A DNA stretch of 24,000 nt, from NCBI RefSeq assembly GCF_900604485.1, contig NZ_UWOP01000001.1, forward strand, positions 1,544,369 to 1,568,368, in the 5' to 3' direction. The position numbers were made by a program, and so were the translations under genes. The DNA comes from Enterococcus mediterraneensis (lineage in GTDB: Bacteria > Bacillota > Bacilli > Lactobacillales > Enterococcaceae). The notes under the pieces were generated by a model. That model was not told the origin of the DNA, ran no database searches, and was given only the letters and a program-made list of their open reading frames with translations. Position 1 is the stretch's first letter, and each line of letters starts with the position of its first letter. This document shows positions 1 through 7,756 of the stretch, in pieces.

Positions 1-255
1 ATTCATGATATCAACCGACTGCATTTGGTGTGCTACTTATTTCAAGGTCCTTGCGCAGATCGCGTATTTGCTGATGAGGAGCTTTCAGGAGAGTGTCGGC
101 AACTGGTCGCCTTTTTTGAAAAGAACCTGCCGCAATACCAGAAGATATTGGAGAAACATCCTGAGATTCCTTCCGCCTATGAAAAAATCTTGCGATATAG
201 ATATGGGAATCAAAAAAACGCGGCTGTTGCTGAAACAGCCAATAGTTACCAATAA
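1..255 (+). CDS. 3' end of a CDS that begins upstream of the window (function not recognised)
   Basis: Frame 1 is open from base 1 (IHDINRLHLVCYLFQGPCADRVF...) to TAA at 253-255. The tracked ORF 25..255 is only the part after an internal start. I cannot name a family motif. Confidence 0.5.
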   Translation: MHDINRLHLVCYLFQGPCADRVFADEELSGECRQLVAFFEKNLPQYQKILEKHPEIPSAYEKILRYRYGNQKNAAVAETANSYQ

Positions 256-413
256 AAAAAGGGATGATGACATGCGTCTATCAACCGTATCTGAACGCTA
301 TACATTTTGCGCTGTTACGCAGCGGCTAACCTAAAAGCTGGTGCTTTGCGGTAGCTGATGTATAGAGTATAGATACATCGAATAGATTGACGTTTGTCAT
401 ATCCCGTTTTTTT
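254..413. other. Long-range imperfect inverted repeat flanked by A7 and T7: a bidirectional terminator-like element or a structured RNA of about 145 nt
   Basis: GGGAT-G-ATGACA-TGC-GTC (261-278) pairs with GAC-GTT-TGTCAT-ATCCC (389-405), giving 14 bp with one bulge and one 3x3 loop. A-run 254-260 lies upstream and T-run 407-413 downstream. The enclosed 110 nt contain further hairpins (CGCTG/CAGCG about 310-324; GATGTAT/ATACATC 357-379). Confidence 0.4.
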
Positions 414-445
414 ATTTTTATTAGTTACTAGTTATTAGCGATTGT

Positions 446-763
446 TTATTTTGTTTCACTTGGCAAAAGAATGGTTTGTCTTGCACCATCATCGTATGCG
501 AAGATCTCTTTTGGCAGGTCAGACGAATAAGGAAACGGCAGATCGATATCCATTTCTACATCGCTGTCCTCTTGAGAAAAATGCATCGTAACTGTTCCGT
601 TTTTATTGATCAAGTCAAACGCAATCAAATTATTCAAAGGAATGACTCCTTTTAAATCCAAATCAATAATGAACCAAATGCTATCGATCAATTCTCCGGG
701 CATACTTGAAACGACGCCGACAGAAGCGTATCTACTGCGATTGCTATCAAAGACTTCAAACAT
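446..763 (-). CDS. Small acidic cytoplasmic protein of unknown function (possibly a DUF960-like family; family call uncertain)
   Basis: 105-aa ORF with a strong SD (minus strand AAGGAGGTCAGGATT-ATG). It has no TM segment and no overlap with other good ORFs. The family assignment is from memory of similar Firmicute proteins only. Confidence 0.65.
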   Translation of the reverse strand: MFEVFDSNRSRYASVGVVSSMPGELIDSIWFIIDLDLKGVIPLNNLIAFDLINKNGTVTMHFSQEDSDVEMDIDLPFPYSSDLPKEIFAYDDGARQTILLPSETK

Positions 764-879
764 AATCCTGACCTCCTTGTATCGTTATCATACTTCTATT
801 ATAGAAGAAATGAAAAAATGTTGCTCATATGAACACTTATTTTACGAAAGTGAACGTGAAAATGCAACAAGTCGGATAA

Positions 880-916
880 AGAAAACGAGACGTTAATTAA
901 AAATTAATCAACGTCC
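880..916 (-). terminator. Intrinsic terminator downstream of rplY
   Basis: GACGTT(889-894)/AACGTC(910-915) plus an AT-rich extension of the stem. On the minus strand it is followed by TCGTTTTCTTT. Confidence 0.5.
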
Positions 917-954
917 CGTACTGCTGGAAATTTTGTTTAGCGAGATCGATTTGC

Positions 955-1572
955 TTACTCTTCGCTAGCTGTATCGCCGATCACTTCAGGTTCCCCTGCT
1001 TCAGTCGTAAGGTCTTCTTCCACTTCTTGTGCTTCAGTCAATGAAACGACTTGTTCTTCAGGATCGGTCACGATAGTATAGTCTTCTGCACTTGGCAGAT
1101 CAGAAACAGTCAGTGAATCACCGATTTCAAGATTTGTAACATCTACTTCGATACGTTCAGGCAATTTGTCAGGTGTTGCGGAAACAACAACGGTATAAAG
1201 TGTTTGGTTCAAGACACCGCCGGCTTTGACACCTGCTGCTTCGCCGACAAGTGTTACTTCGGCTTCTACTTCAGTTTCTTCAGACATATTTACTGATAAG
1301 AATTCAACGTGAGTCAAATGTTTGGTAAATGTATCAGATTGTGTTTGTTTTACCAAAGTATTGACTGTCTTGCCATCTAAGTTCATTTTGATTACTGCGT
1401 TTGCTCCATGTTCCCGCAGGATTTTGTCTAACTCCCGTGCGTTCACAGAAATCGGCGTACTTTCCACTTGATAACCGTTCACGATTGCGGGGATTTTTCC
1501 TTCATGGCGTAATTGATTACGCAACGAACGGGGACGGGTTTCTCTCTTACTTACTTCTAATGATACTGCCAT
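955..1572 (-). CDS. rplY: 50S ribosomal protein L25 / general stress protein Ctc (long form with acidic C-terminal tail)
   Basis: The N-terminus MAVSLEVSKRETRPRSLRNQLRHEGKIPAIVNGY is typical of Ctc-type L25. Length is 205 aa with an acidic tail. SD is AGGAGGAAT 8 nt upstream. Confidence 0.95.
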   Translation of the reverse strand: MAVSLEVSKRETRPRSLRNQLRHEGKIPAIVNGYQVESTPISVNARELDKILREHGANAVIKMNLDGKTVNTLVKQTQSDTFTKHLTHVEFLSVNMSEETEVEAEVTLVGEAAGVKAGGVLNQTLYTVVVSATPDKLPERIEVDVTNLEIGDSLTVSDLPSAEDYTIVTDPEEQVVSLTEAQEVEEDLTTEAGEPEVIGDTASEE

Positions 1573-1769
1573 AACTTAATTCCTCCTAAAATTTTCCTGT
1601 CTGACGACATTCATTTTTAAAAGCAAATCTCGTTAGTCTGCACATTAAGTGGTACGTGAGAACACGCAAAAGGGCAGCCGAAATACAGCTACCCAAGAAA
1701 GTTTTGGTTCAACTTTTCTCCACCAGGTCATAACGCTGTGTAGAAGAACTTTATTTACTTTACTCTTTA

Positions 1770-1798
1770 ACCATAGGACGTTTTTTAAATTAAGTCAA
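1770..1798 (-). promoter_or_regulatory. SigmaA-type promoter for rplY
   Basis: The minus strand reads TTGACT (1798-1793), a 17-nt spacer, then TATGGT (1775-1770). This implies a leader of about 190 nt. Confidence 0.5.
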
Positions 1799-1864
1799 GG
1801 ATTTCGCCGTTGACTTGTTTTTAAAACATGGTTTTCGTTATAATAGCTCAGAAAGGAAAATCTG

Positions 1865-2581
1865 ATGCGTTTAGATAAATTGATTGAAAAAGAACTGACA
1901 ACCAGCCGCAAAGAGATGAAGCGTTTATTTGTGAGAGGAAAAGTAAAAGTAGACGGCAAGATCGAGCGGAGCGAAGCAAGAAATGTGGACAGCCGCCTGC
2001 ATCATATCGAAGTAAACGGCAGAACGCTGAGTACCTCAGAAGCCTATTATTTACTGAACAAGCCGCAAGGTGTCGTGACCGCCAATCATGATCACCAGCA
2101 TCAAACGGTCTTGGATCTGCTCTCGACAAATGATCGAAAAGAAAAACTAGCATCCGTAGGTCGTCTGGACCGTGACACAGAAGGTCTGGTTTTTCTAACA
2201 ACAAACGGTCAGCTGGCGTATGAACTGCTTCATCCAGTAAAAAAAGTGACAAAATGCTACGAGGCTGTAGTCAATGGCGAAGTGACTACAGAAGATATAG
2301 CGGCATTTCAAAAAGGGATCGTCTTTCATGGCGGGGAAATTTGCCAGCCGGCACAATTGGAGATTCTATCCGCAACTGCAGAAGAAAGCCGAGTGCGGCT
2401 GATGATCCAAGAAGGAAAGTTCCATCAGGTGAAAAAGATGTTTTTAGCTTGCGGGAAAAAAGTCGTTTTTTTAAAACGCTATGGAATCGGGCCATTAATG
2501 CTGCCGGCTGATCTTACTATTGGCAGATATCGGGAATTAACCGTTGATGAACTGGAATCATTAAAAATCTATTTTTGTTAG
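1865..2581 (+). CDS. Pseudouridine synthase, RsuA/RluB family (16S rRNA pseudouridine synthase-like)
   Basis: S4-like N-terminus (MRLDKLI...) and the catalytic-Asp motif GRLDRDTEGLVFLTTNG. Length is 238 aa. Confidence 0.9.
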   Translation: MRLDKLIEKELTTSRKEMKRLFVRGKVKVDGKIERSEARNVDSRLHHIEVNGRTLSTSEAYYLLNKPQGVVTANHDHQHQTVLDLLSTNDRKEKLASVGRLDRDTEGLVFLTTNGQLAYELLHPVKKVTKCYEAVVNGEVTTEDIAAFQKGIVFHGGEICQPAQLEILSATAEESRVRLMIQEGKFHQVKKMFLACGKKVVFLKRYGIGPLMLPADLTIGRYRELTVDELESLKIYFC

Positions 2582-2592
2582 AAGGAGTAATT

Positions 2593-3276
2593 ATGAAATA
2601 CAAAAATCTGTTATTTGACGTCGATGATACACTGCTTGATTTTCAAGCAGCAGAAAACCAAGCATTAGGAAGCTTATTTCAAACAGAAGGCATCCCGTTG
2701 ACTCCGGAAATCAAAACCAGCTATCAAGCATTGAACCGAATGTTATGGGAAGAATATGAACAGGGAAAAAGATCCCGCGATGAAGTAGTCAACCAGCGCT
2801 TTGCTTTATTGTTCCAACAATTTGGAAAATCAGTTGACGGTATGCTGTTGGAAAAGCAATACCGCCAATTTCTAAATCAAGGGCATCAGCTATTAGGCAA
2901 TAGCCGCGAGATCATTGCGGATCTGTCTGATAAAGCAGAATTATATGTTGTGACAAATGGAGTTTCTGATACACAATACCAACGTTTGACAGCATCGAAA
3001 TTACTGCCTTATTTTAAAAATGTCTTTGTTTCAGAAGATACTGGATATCAAAAACCAATGAAAGAGTATTTTGATTATGTGTTTGACCGGATCCCTGATT
3101 TTAAAAAAGAAGAAACTGTAATCATCGGTGATTCACTGTCTTCAGATATTGCAGGCGGCAAACAAGCCGGGATCGATACGATTTGGCTCAATTCCGACGA
3201 AAACGTGAAAACAACTATCGCGCCTACTTATCGCATCAGCAGTTTGGATGAGATTTATACGATTTTAGCCAACTAG
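2593..3276 (+). CDS. HAD-superfamily hydrolase, YjjG-like (noncanonical pyrimidine nucleotidase type)
   Basis: HAD motif I LLFDVDDTLLDF, motif II VVTNG and motif IV GDSLSSDIAGG. I placed the start at ATG 2593 behind GAAGGAG (2581-2587) rather than at the tracked 2575. Confidence 0.85.
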   Translation: MKYKNLLFDVDDTLLDFQAAENQALGSLFQTEGIPLTPEIKTSYQALNRMLWEEYEQGKRSRDEVVNQRFALLFQQFGKSVDGMLLEKQYRQFLNQGHQLLGNSREIIADLSDKAELYVVTNGVSDTQYQRLTASKLLPYFKNVFVSEDTGYQKPMKEYFDYVFDRIPDFKKEETVIIGDSLSSDIAGGKQAGIDTIWLNSDENVKTTIAPTYRISSLDEIYTILAN

Positions 3277-3357
3277 AAACAGGATTAAGCGTAGCATTTT
3301 CTGAAAATTTCGCTATAATAATACCTAGTGCAAATAAATTGAAAGAGGTTTTCTTTA

Positions 3358-3981
3358 ATGACGAAAAACAAGCCGATTATAATAGGTGTGACTGGTGGTT
3401 CTGGTAGTGGTAAAACCAGTGTGAGTCGAGCGATATTCAATAATTTTCCGGATCACTCCATTATGATGCTTGAACAGGATTCTTATTATAAAGATCAAAG
3501 CCATTTAGCATTTGAAGAACGGCTAAATACTAACTATGACCATCCTTTTGCTTTTGATACCGATCTATTGATCGAGCATTTGGAAAAACTGCTGCATTAT
3601 GAAGCGATCGAAAAGCCAGTCTATGACTATGTTGCCCATACTCGGAGCACTGCGACAGTGATCCAAGAACCTAAAGAAGTCATTATTTTAGAAGGCATCT
3701 TGATTCTAGAAGATGAGCGTTTACGTGACTTGATGGATATAAAAATCTATGTGGATACGGATGATGATATCCGAATCATCCGCCGAATCAAACGAGACAT
3801 GGAAGAACGCGGACGAACATTGGATTCAGTTATTGAACAATATCTGTCAGTCGTAAAACCGATGTATCATCAATTTATCGAACCGACAAAACGTTACGCT
3901 GACATCATCGTGCCAGAAGGCGGCGAAAATCATGTAGCGATCGATTTAATCACTACAAAAGTCGCGACTTATCTTAAATAG
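3358..3981 (+). CDS. udk: Uridine kinase
   Basis: P-loop [13 protein letters not shown] followed by EQDSYYKD and NYDHPFAFD. Length is 207 aa, typical of Udk. Confidence 0.95.
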   Translation: MTKNKPIIIGVTGGSGSGKTSVSRAIFNNFPDHSIMMLEQDSYYKDQSHLAFEERLNTNYDHPFAFDTDLLIEHLEKLLHYEAIEKPVYDYVAHTRSTATVIQEPKEVIILEGILILEDERLRDLMDIKIYVDTDDDIRIIRRIKRDMEERGRTLDSVIEQYLSVVKPMYHQFIEPTKRYADIIVPEGGENHVAIDLITTKVATYLK

Positions 3982-4000
3982 CTCTCATTGTCTATGAAGG

Positions 4001-4038
4001 ATCAAAGGATTAAATTATTAATTCTTTGGTCTTTTTTT
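4001..4038 (+). terminator. Intrinsic terminator after udk
   Basis: ATCAAAGGATTAA pairs with TTAATTCTTTGGT (two G:U pairs) and is followed by CTTTTTTT (4031-4038). Confidence 0.7.
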
Positions 4039-4044
4039 ATCGCG

Positions 4045-4080
4045 GTTTACAGTATATACTTTATTGTATATACTGTAAAC
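4045..4080 (+). promoter_or_regulatory. Palindromic promoter/operator upstream of the island-1 GntR gene
   Basis: Perfect 15-bp arms GTTTACAGTATATAC (4045-4059) and GTATATACTGTAAAC (4066-4080). It reads as -35 TTTACA (4046-4051), a 17-nt spacer and -10 TATACT (4069-4074). Two GTATATAC boxes (4052-4059, 4066-4073) fit the GntR-type GT-N4-AC pattern. Confidence 0.55.
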
Positions 4081-4087
4081 GCATTCT
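4074..4087 (+). promoter_or_regulatory. cre-like box (candidate CcpA site)
   Basis: TGTAAACGCATTCT matches TGWAANCGNTNWCA at 12 of 14 positions. It lies just downstream of the -10. Confidence 0.4.
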
Positions 4088-4298
4088 AAAATACGGCTTT
4101 AAAGTTTCAAAAGAAATTTTGGAAATATATGTTTATCGAGTGGATTTTAATAGATATAGTTATTGACGATACCAGTGTTAAAAGAATGAACAATGATCTT
4201 AGTAAAACTAGTGTGGGTAATTGTGAAAACAGATTTTTAATTTAAAGATCTATCGTCGTTCACATGAATTTTTTGGAAGGCAGGAGCGTAATAGAAAT

Positions 4299-5018
4299 AT
4301 GAAGAACAAAACGATTTTTTTAGATATTGCCAATGAATTGCATAAACGGATTAATGAAGGAGTATACGTGACTAGCCAGAAACTACCATCTGAATATGAT
4401 CTTGCTGAAGAATTTGGAGTCAGCCGTTTGACGATACGTAAAGCAATCGATTCCCTGATCAGTCAGAACATCTTAGTGAAAGAAAAAGGAAAAGGAACCT
4501 ATGTTATGAAACAACCTAAAATCGCCAGTGGTTTGGGAGGATTATATGGGTTTACCGAAGCTGCTAAAAGACAAGGCAAACGTTCGAAAACTAAGATCAT
4601 CGAATGCACCATAGCAGATCAGATGCCGGACAAGGTCAAACAAGCCTTTGGAAAGTATGCAGATGAAAAGATGATCCATTTGGTTCGCCAGCGTTTTTTA
4701 GAAGACGAGCCGATGACTGTAGAAGACATTTATGTCCTGCAACGTTACGTGTCAGAGTCGTCTATCGAACAGCTGGAAGAACAATCTTTATTTTCCGAGA
4801 TCGAAAAAAATATCGAAATCGGCTATTCTCATCAAGAAGTCGAAGCTATCTTGGTGACAGAGGATTTGAGCAGGTTGTTGGATGTAGAAGTGGGTCAGCC
4901 ATTACTATTGGTTCATTCCCTGACGTATTCCCCTTCTGCAAAACCGATTTTATATGATACTTCTTTCTATCGAGCGGACAAATACACATTTAAACATACA
5001 TTACAGCGCAAACATTAA
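4299..5018 (+). CDS. GntR-family transcriptional regulator, HutC subfamily (wHTH plus UTRA-like effector domain)
   Basis: The N-terminal wHTH reads KLPSEYDLAEEFGVSRLTIRKAIDSLISQNILVKEKGKGTYV. Length is about 240 aa, typical of HutC/UTRA regulators. Confidence 0.9.
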   Translation: MKNKTIFLDIANELHKRINEGVYVTSQKLPSEYDLAEEFGVSRLTIRKAIDSLISQNILVKEKGKGTYVMKQPKIASGLGGLYGFTEAAKRQGKRSKTKIIECTIADQMPDKVKQAFGKYADEKMIHLVRQRFLEDEPMTVEDIYVLQRYVSESSIEQLEEQSLFSEIEKNIEIGYSHQEVEAILVTEDLSRLLDVEVGQPLLLVHSLTYSPSAKPILYDTSFYRADKYTFKHTLQRKH

Positions 5019-5030
5019 GAGGTGTGAAAA

Positions 5031-6329
5031 ATGGATAATGTAAAAACAATGATCGATGAAAACTGGACCGCTTTTTTAGCTGATCTGCAAAAGGTGATGC
5101 GCGTTCCGAGCGTCAAAGGCAAGTCGGCAGAAAAAGCTCCTTATGGAATTAATCCCAGACAAGTATTGACTTTGGTGATGGAATTAGGGGAAAGCTATGG
5201 ATTTAGCACAAAAGTCATTAATGATGCAATTGGCTATATTCAATGGGGAACGGATCCTGATTATATCGGAATCTTAGGACATTTAGATGTGGTTCCGGCT
5301 GGAGAAGGATGGGATTATCCGCCTTTTGATTTGACCGAGTCTGATGGAATATTATATGGTCGCGGCATTCTAGATAATAAAGGACCTATTATGAGCTGTT
5401 TATATAGTCTGAAATTATTAAAAGACAGTGGTTTTCAGCCGTCAAAAACGATTCGAATCATTTTTGGAACCGATGAAGAAAGCGGTATGTCAGATGTTTC
5501 TCACTATTTACAGGCAGAAGAGCCGCCTATATTTGGCTTTACACCTGATTGCAAATATCCGGTCGTTTATGGCGAACGCGGAATTGTAAATATCAATATC
5601 ATAACAACCTTTGAACCAGAAGAGCTGGCTAGCATGGGAGAAATCAGGGGCGATCAGGCACGCGATCATGTGCCTGATAATTTATCCGTTTTGATCCAAA
5701 GCTCTCCTATAAGGGTGACTGGAAAACGTGCTCCTAGCAATGCACCGGAAATGGGAGAAAATGCCATTACTCTGTTGGCAAAAAAAATAAAAGACGATCT
5801 TCGTTTGTCCAGCAGTGTGCGAAGTTATTTTGACTGGCTGTTTACAAGCTTTCATGGAAAGCATTTTGGTGAAGGGATCGATCTGGCGTTACAGGACAAA
5901 GATTCCGGCAGATTGATTTTGACACCGGTTGTGTTTTCAAAACAGAAGGACCATTTACAATTAGAGATTGCTTTCCGTTATCCAGTCTCGTTTCAAGAAG
6001 AAGATATCGTAGCGGGAATAAAGGCTGCTATTCCTGAGCATTCACAGATAGAAGTCGTCCGCAGTATCCCGGGGATAAATCTGGACAAGGAGCGTCCGGA
6101 AATCAAGTCATTAAGTGCCGTTTATCAAAAAATCACAGGAAACGACGGAACACCGGTCACAACGACCGGCGCTACCTATGCCCGAAAATTGCCGAATATT
6201 GTTGCGTTTGGTCCTTCTTTTCCAGGACAAAAAGGGATCGCCCACAATAAAAATGAATGGATGTCGGTATCTGACTTAAAAATGAACATGGAAATTTATC
6301 TTGAAAGTATCATCGCATTGCTTAGTTAA
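5031..6329 (+). CDS. M20-family metallodipeptidase, PepV/Sapep-like
   Basis: Motifs GHLDVVPAGEGW, GRGILDNKGP and GTDEESG. SD is AAGAGGTG. Length is 432 aa. Confidence 0.85.
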   Translation: MDNVKTMIDENWTAFLADLQKVMRVPSVKGKSAEKAPYGINPRQVLTLVMELGESYGFSTKVINDAIGYIQWGTDPDYIGILGHLDVVPAGEGWDYPPFDLTESDGILYGRGILDNKGPIMSCLYSLKLLKDSGFQPSKTIRIIFGTDEESGMSDVSHYLQAEEPPIFGFTPDCKYPVVYGERGIVNINIITTFEPEELASMGEIRGDQARDHVPDNLSVLIQSSPIRVTGKRAPSNAPEMGENAITLLAKKIKDDLRLSSSVRSYFDWLFTSFHGKHFGEGIDLALQDKDSGRLILTPVVFSKQKDHLQLEIAFRYPVSFQEEDIVAGIKAAIPEHSQIEVVRSIPGINLDKERPEIKSLSAVYQKITGNDGTPVTTTGATYARKLPNIVAFGPSFPGQKGIAHNKNEWMSVSDLKMNMEIYLESIIALLS

Positions 6330-6330
6330 A

Positions 6331-6368
6331 ACAGCGTTCCTGAATTTTTTTCAGGAATGCTGTTTTTT
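6331..6368 (+). terminator. Intrinsic terminator separating the GntR-dipeptidase unit from the asparaginase-PTS unit
   Basis: ACAGCGTTCCTGA (6331-6343) pairs with TCAGGAATGCTGT (6351-6363), followed by a T-run to 6368. Confidence 0.8.
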
Positions 6369-6372
6369 AGTA

Positions 6373-6401
6373 TAGACATTATAGTATATACTATGTACAA
6401 T
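6373..6401 (+). promoter_or_regulatory. SigmaA promoter with a GntR-type palindromic operator in the spacer
   Basis: -35 TAGACA (6373-6378), a 17-nt spacer and -10 TACAAT (6396-6401). The spacer contains the 14-nt palindrome ATAGTATATACTAT (6381-6394), which shares the GTATATAC core seen at 4052 and 4066. Confidence 0.6.
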
Positions 6402-6406
6402 ACTAC

Positions 6407-6420
6407 TGAAAGCGCTATAT
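6407..6420 (+). promoter_or_regulatory. cre-like box (candidate CcpA site) at about +1 to +20
   Basis: TGAAAGCGCTATAT matches TGWAANCGNTNWCA at 12 of 14 positions, including the central CG. Confidence 0.45.
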
Positions 6421-6443
6421 GCGAATAAGGAGGAAAAAATTAT

Positions 6444-7391
6444 ATGTGGGGAATCATTGCAACTTGGCGCATGGCTCATGAAGGAATACTTGCCGCCAAA
6501 GAATTATTAGTAAAGGAACGATCTGCAGGAGATGCTGTTGAAACAGCAATCAAATGTGTAGAAGATTACCCATATTACAAATCAGTTGGATATGGTGGTC
6601 TGCCTAATGAAGAGGGTGTTCTTGAAATGGATGCCGCATTTATGGACGGCGACACTTTTGCAATCGGTGCAGTGGCGGGAATCGTCGACATCAAGAATCC
6701 CATTTCGGTTGCTCGAAAACTGAGCAAAGAAAAATTCAACAGTTTCCGAGTCGGCGCAGGCGCAACACGTTATGCGCAAGCAGAAGGTTTTGAACAAAAG
6801 GAAATGTTGACAGAACGTGCCAAAAAAATCTGGGAAAAACGTGTGGAAGAAGTGGCGAAACATCAGCTTGATCCTTACGATGGTCACGATACAGTAGGTG
6901 TTGTGGCATTAGATGAGCTATCTAGTATGGCGGCTGGGACTTCCAGCTCTGGCTTATTTATGAAAAAAAGCGGCCGTGTCGGTGACTCACCACTTTCCGG
7001 ATCGGGATTTTACGTAGACAGCGAAATCGGCGGAGCGGCTGCTACAGGATTAGGCGAAGATTTGATGAAAGGCTGTCTTTCATATGAGATCGTTCGCCTG
7101 ATGGGATCAGGGTATTCTCCACAAGATGCATGCGATCAGGCCGTCTATGGTTTCAGCGAAAAGCTGAAAAAACGCTATGGCAAAGCAGGCGCTTTTTCTT
7201 TGATCGCAATGAATAAGGAAGGGCAATGGGGCGTTGCCACGAATGTCGAATTTACATTCAGTGTCGCAACAAAGGAAACGGAACCAACGATTTTCATTGC
7301 TCATCCAGGAGAAAATCAAACAACGGTAATCGAACCAATCACTCAAGAATGGCTGGATGCGTATGAAAAACGGATCAAAGCACCGATTTAA
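6444..7391 (+). CDS. Ntn-hydrolase of the asparaginase-2 family (glycosylasparaginase / isoaspartyl peptidase type)
   Basis: Autoprocessing and nucleophile motif DGHD-TVGVVALD, plus the glycine-rich GGAAATGLGEDL. SD is AAGGAGG. Length is 315 aa. Confidence 0.85.
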   Translation: MWGIIATWRMAHEGILAAKELLVKERSAGDAVETAIKCVEDYPYYKSVGYGGLPNEEGVLEMDAAFMDGDTFAIGAVAGIVDIKNPISVARKLSKEKFNSFRVGAGATRYAQAEGFEQKEMLTERAKKIWEKRVEEVAKHQLDPYDGHDTVGVVALDELSSMAAGTSSSGLFMKKSGRVGDSPLSGSGFYVDSEIGGAAATGLGEDLMKGCLSYEIVRLMGSGYSPQDACDQAVYGFSEKLKKRYGKAGAFSLIAMNKEGQWGVATNVEFTFSVATKETEPTIFIAHPGENQTTVIEPITQEWLDAYEKRIKAPI

Positions 7392-7412
7392 AAAAAGAAT
7401 AGGAGGAAGAAA

Positions 7413-7739
7413 ATGAGTACGAAAAAGATTTATTTATTTTGTGAAGCAGGTATGTCGACCAGCATGATGGTCAATAAGATGATGGGAGTAGTCAAAGAGC
7501 ATAATATGCCATTAGAAATAACTGCTTACCCTGCCATCAGAGCAGAGGATATAGTGGCACAAGAAAAGCCTATTGCTATTTTGTTGGGACCGCAAGTACG
7601 TTTTCTATTAGATAAAGTAAAGAAACAGTTTGAACCACAAGGAATTCCAGTTGGAACGATTTCTCCAGAGATTTATGGAATGATGGATGGAGAAAAAGCA
7701 TTGAAAGAGGCGCTGAAATTAATTAAAAATAAAAAGTAA
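7413..7739 (+). CDS. PTS EIIB component, lactose/cellobiose family
   Basis: KIYLFCEAGMSTSMMV contains the phospho-cysteine. Length is 108 aa. SD is AGGAGGAAG. Confidence 0.9.
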   Translation: MSTKKIYLFCEAGMSTSMMVNKMMGVVKEHNMPLEITAYPAIRAEDIVAQEKPIAILLGPQVRFLLDKVKKQFEPQGIPVGTISPEIYGMMDGEKALKEALKLIKNKK

Positions 7740-7756
7740 GTTAAGGAGGAACTCTG

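Noticed and set aside
1689-1713. SigmaB-like promoter motif upstream of ctc/rplY (minus strand GTTGAA, 13 nt, GGGTAG), reminiscent of the classic sigmaB-dependent ctc promoter of B. subtilis
   Set aside because: The taxon appears to be Enterococcus-like, and as far as I know enterococci lack sigB. A conventional sigmaA promoter is available further upstream. This is worth revisiting only if the genome encodes a sigmaB homologue.
1848-2252. 134-aa minus-strand ORF overlapping the pseudouridine synthase gene
   Set aside because: It is antisense to a well-supported CDS. Its Leu/Arg/Ser-rich composition is low-complexity-like, and it has no RBS.
4129-4245. 38-aa ORF (MFIEWILIDIVIDD...) in the long leader upstream of the island-1 GntR gene
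   Set aside because: It has no convincing SD (TGGAAAT only) and no recognisable peptide class. It could be tested as a leader peptide, but the sequence gives no support.
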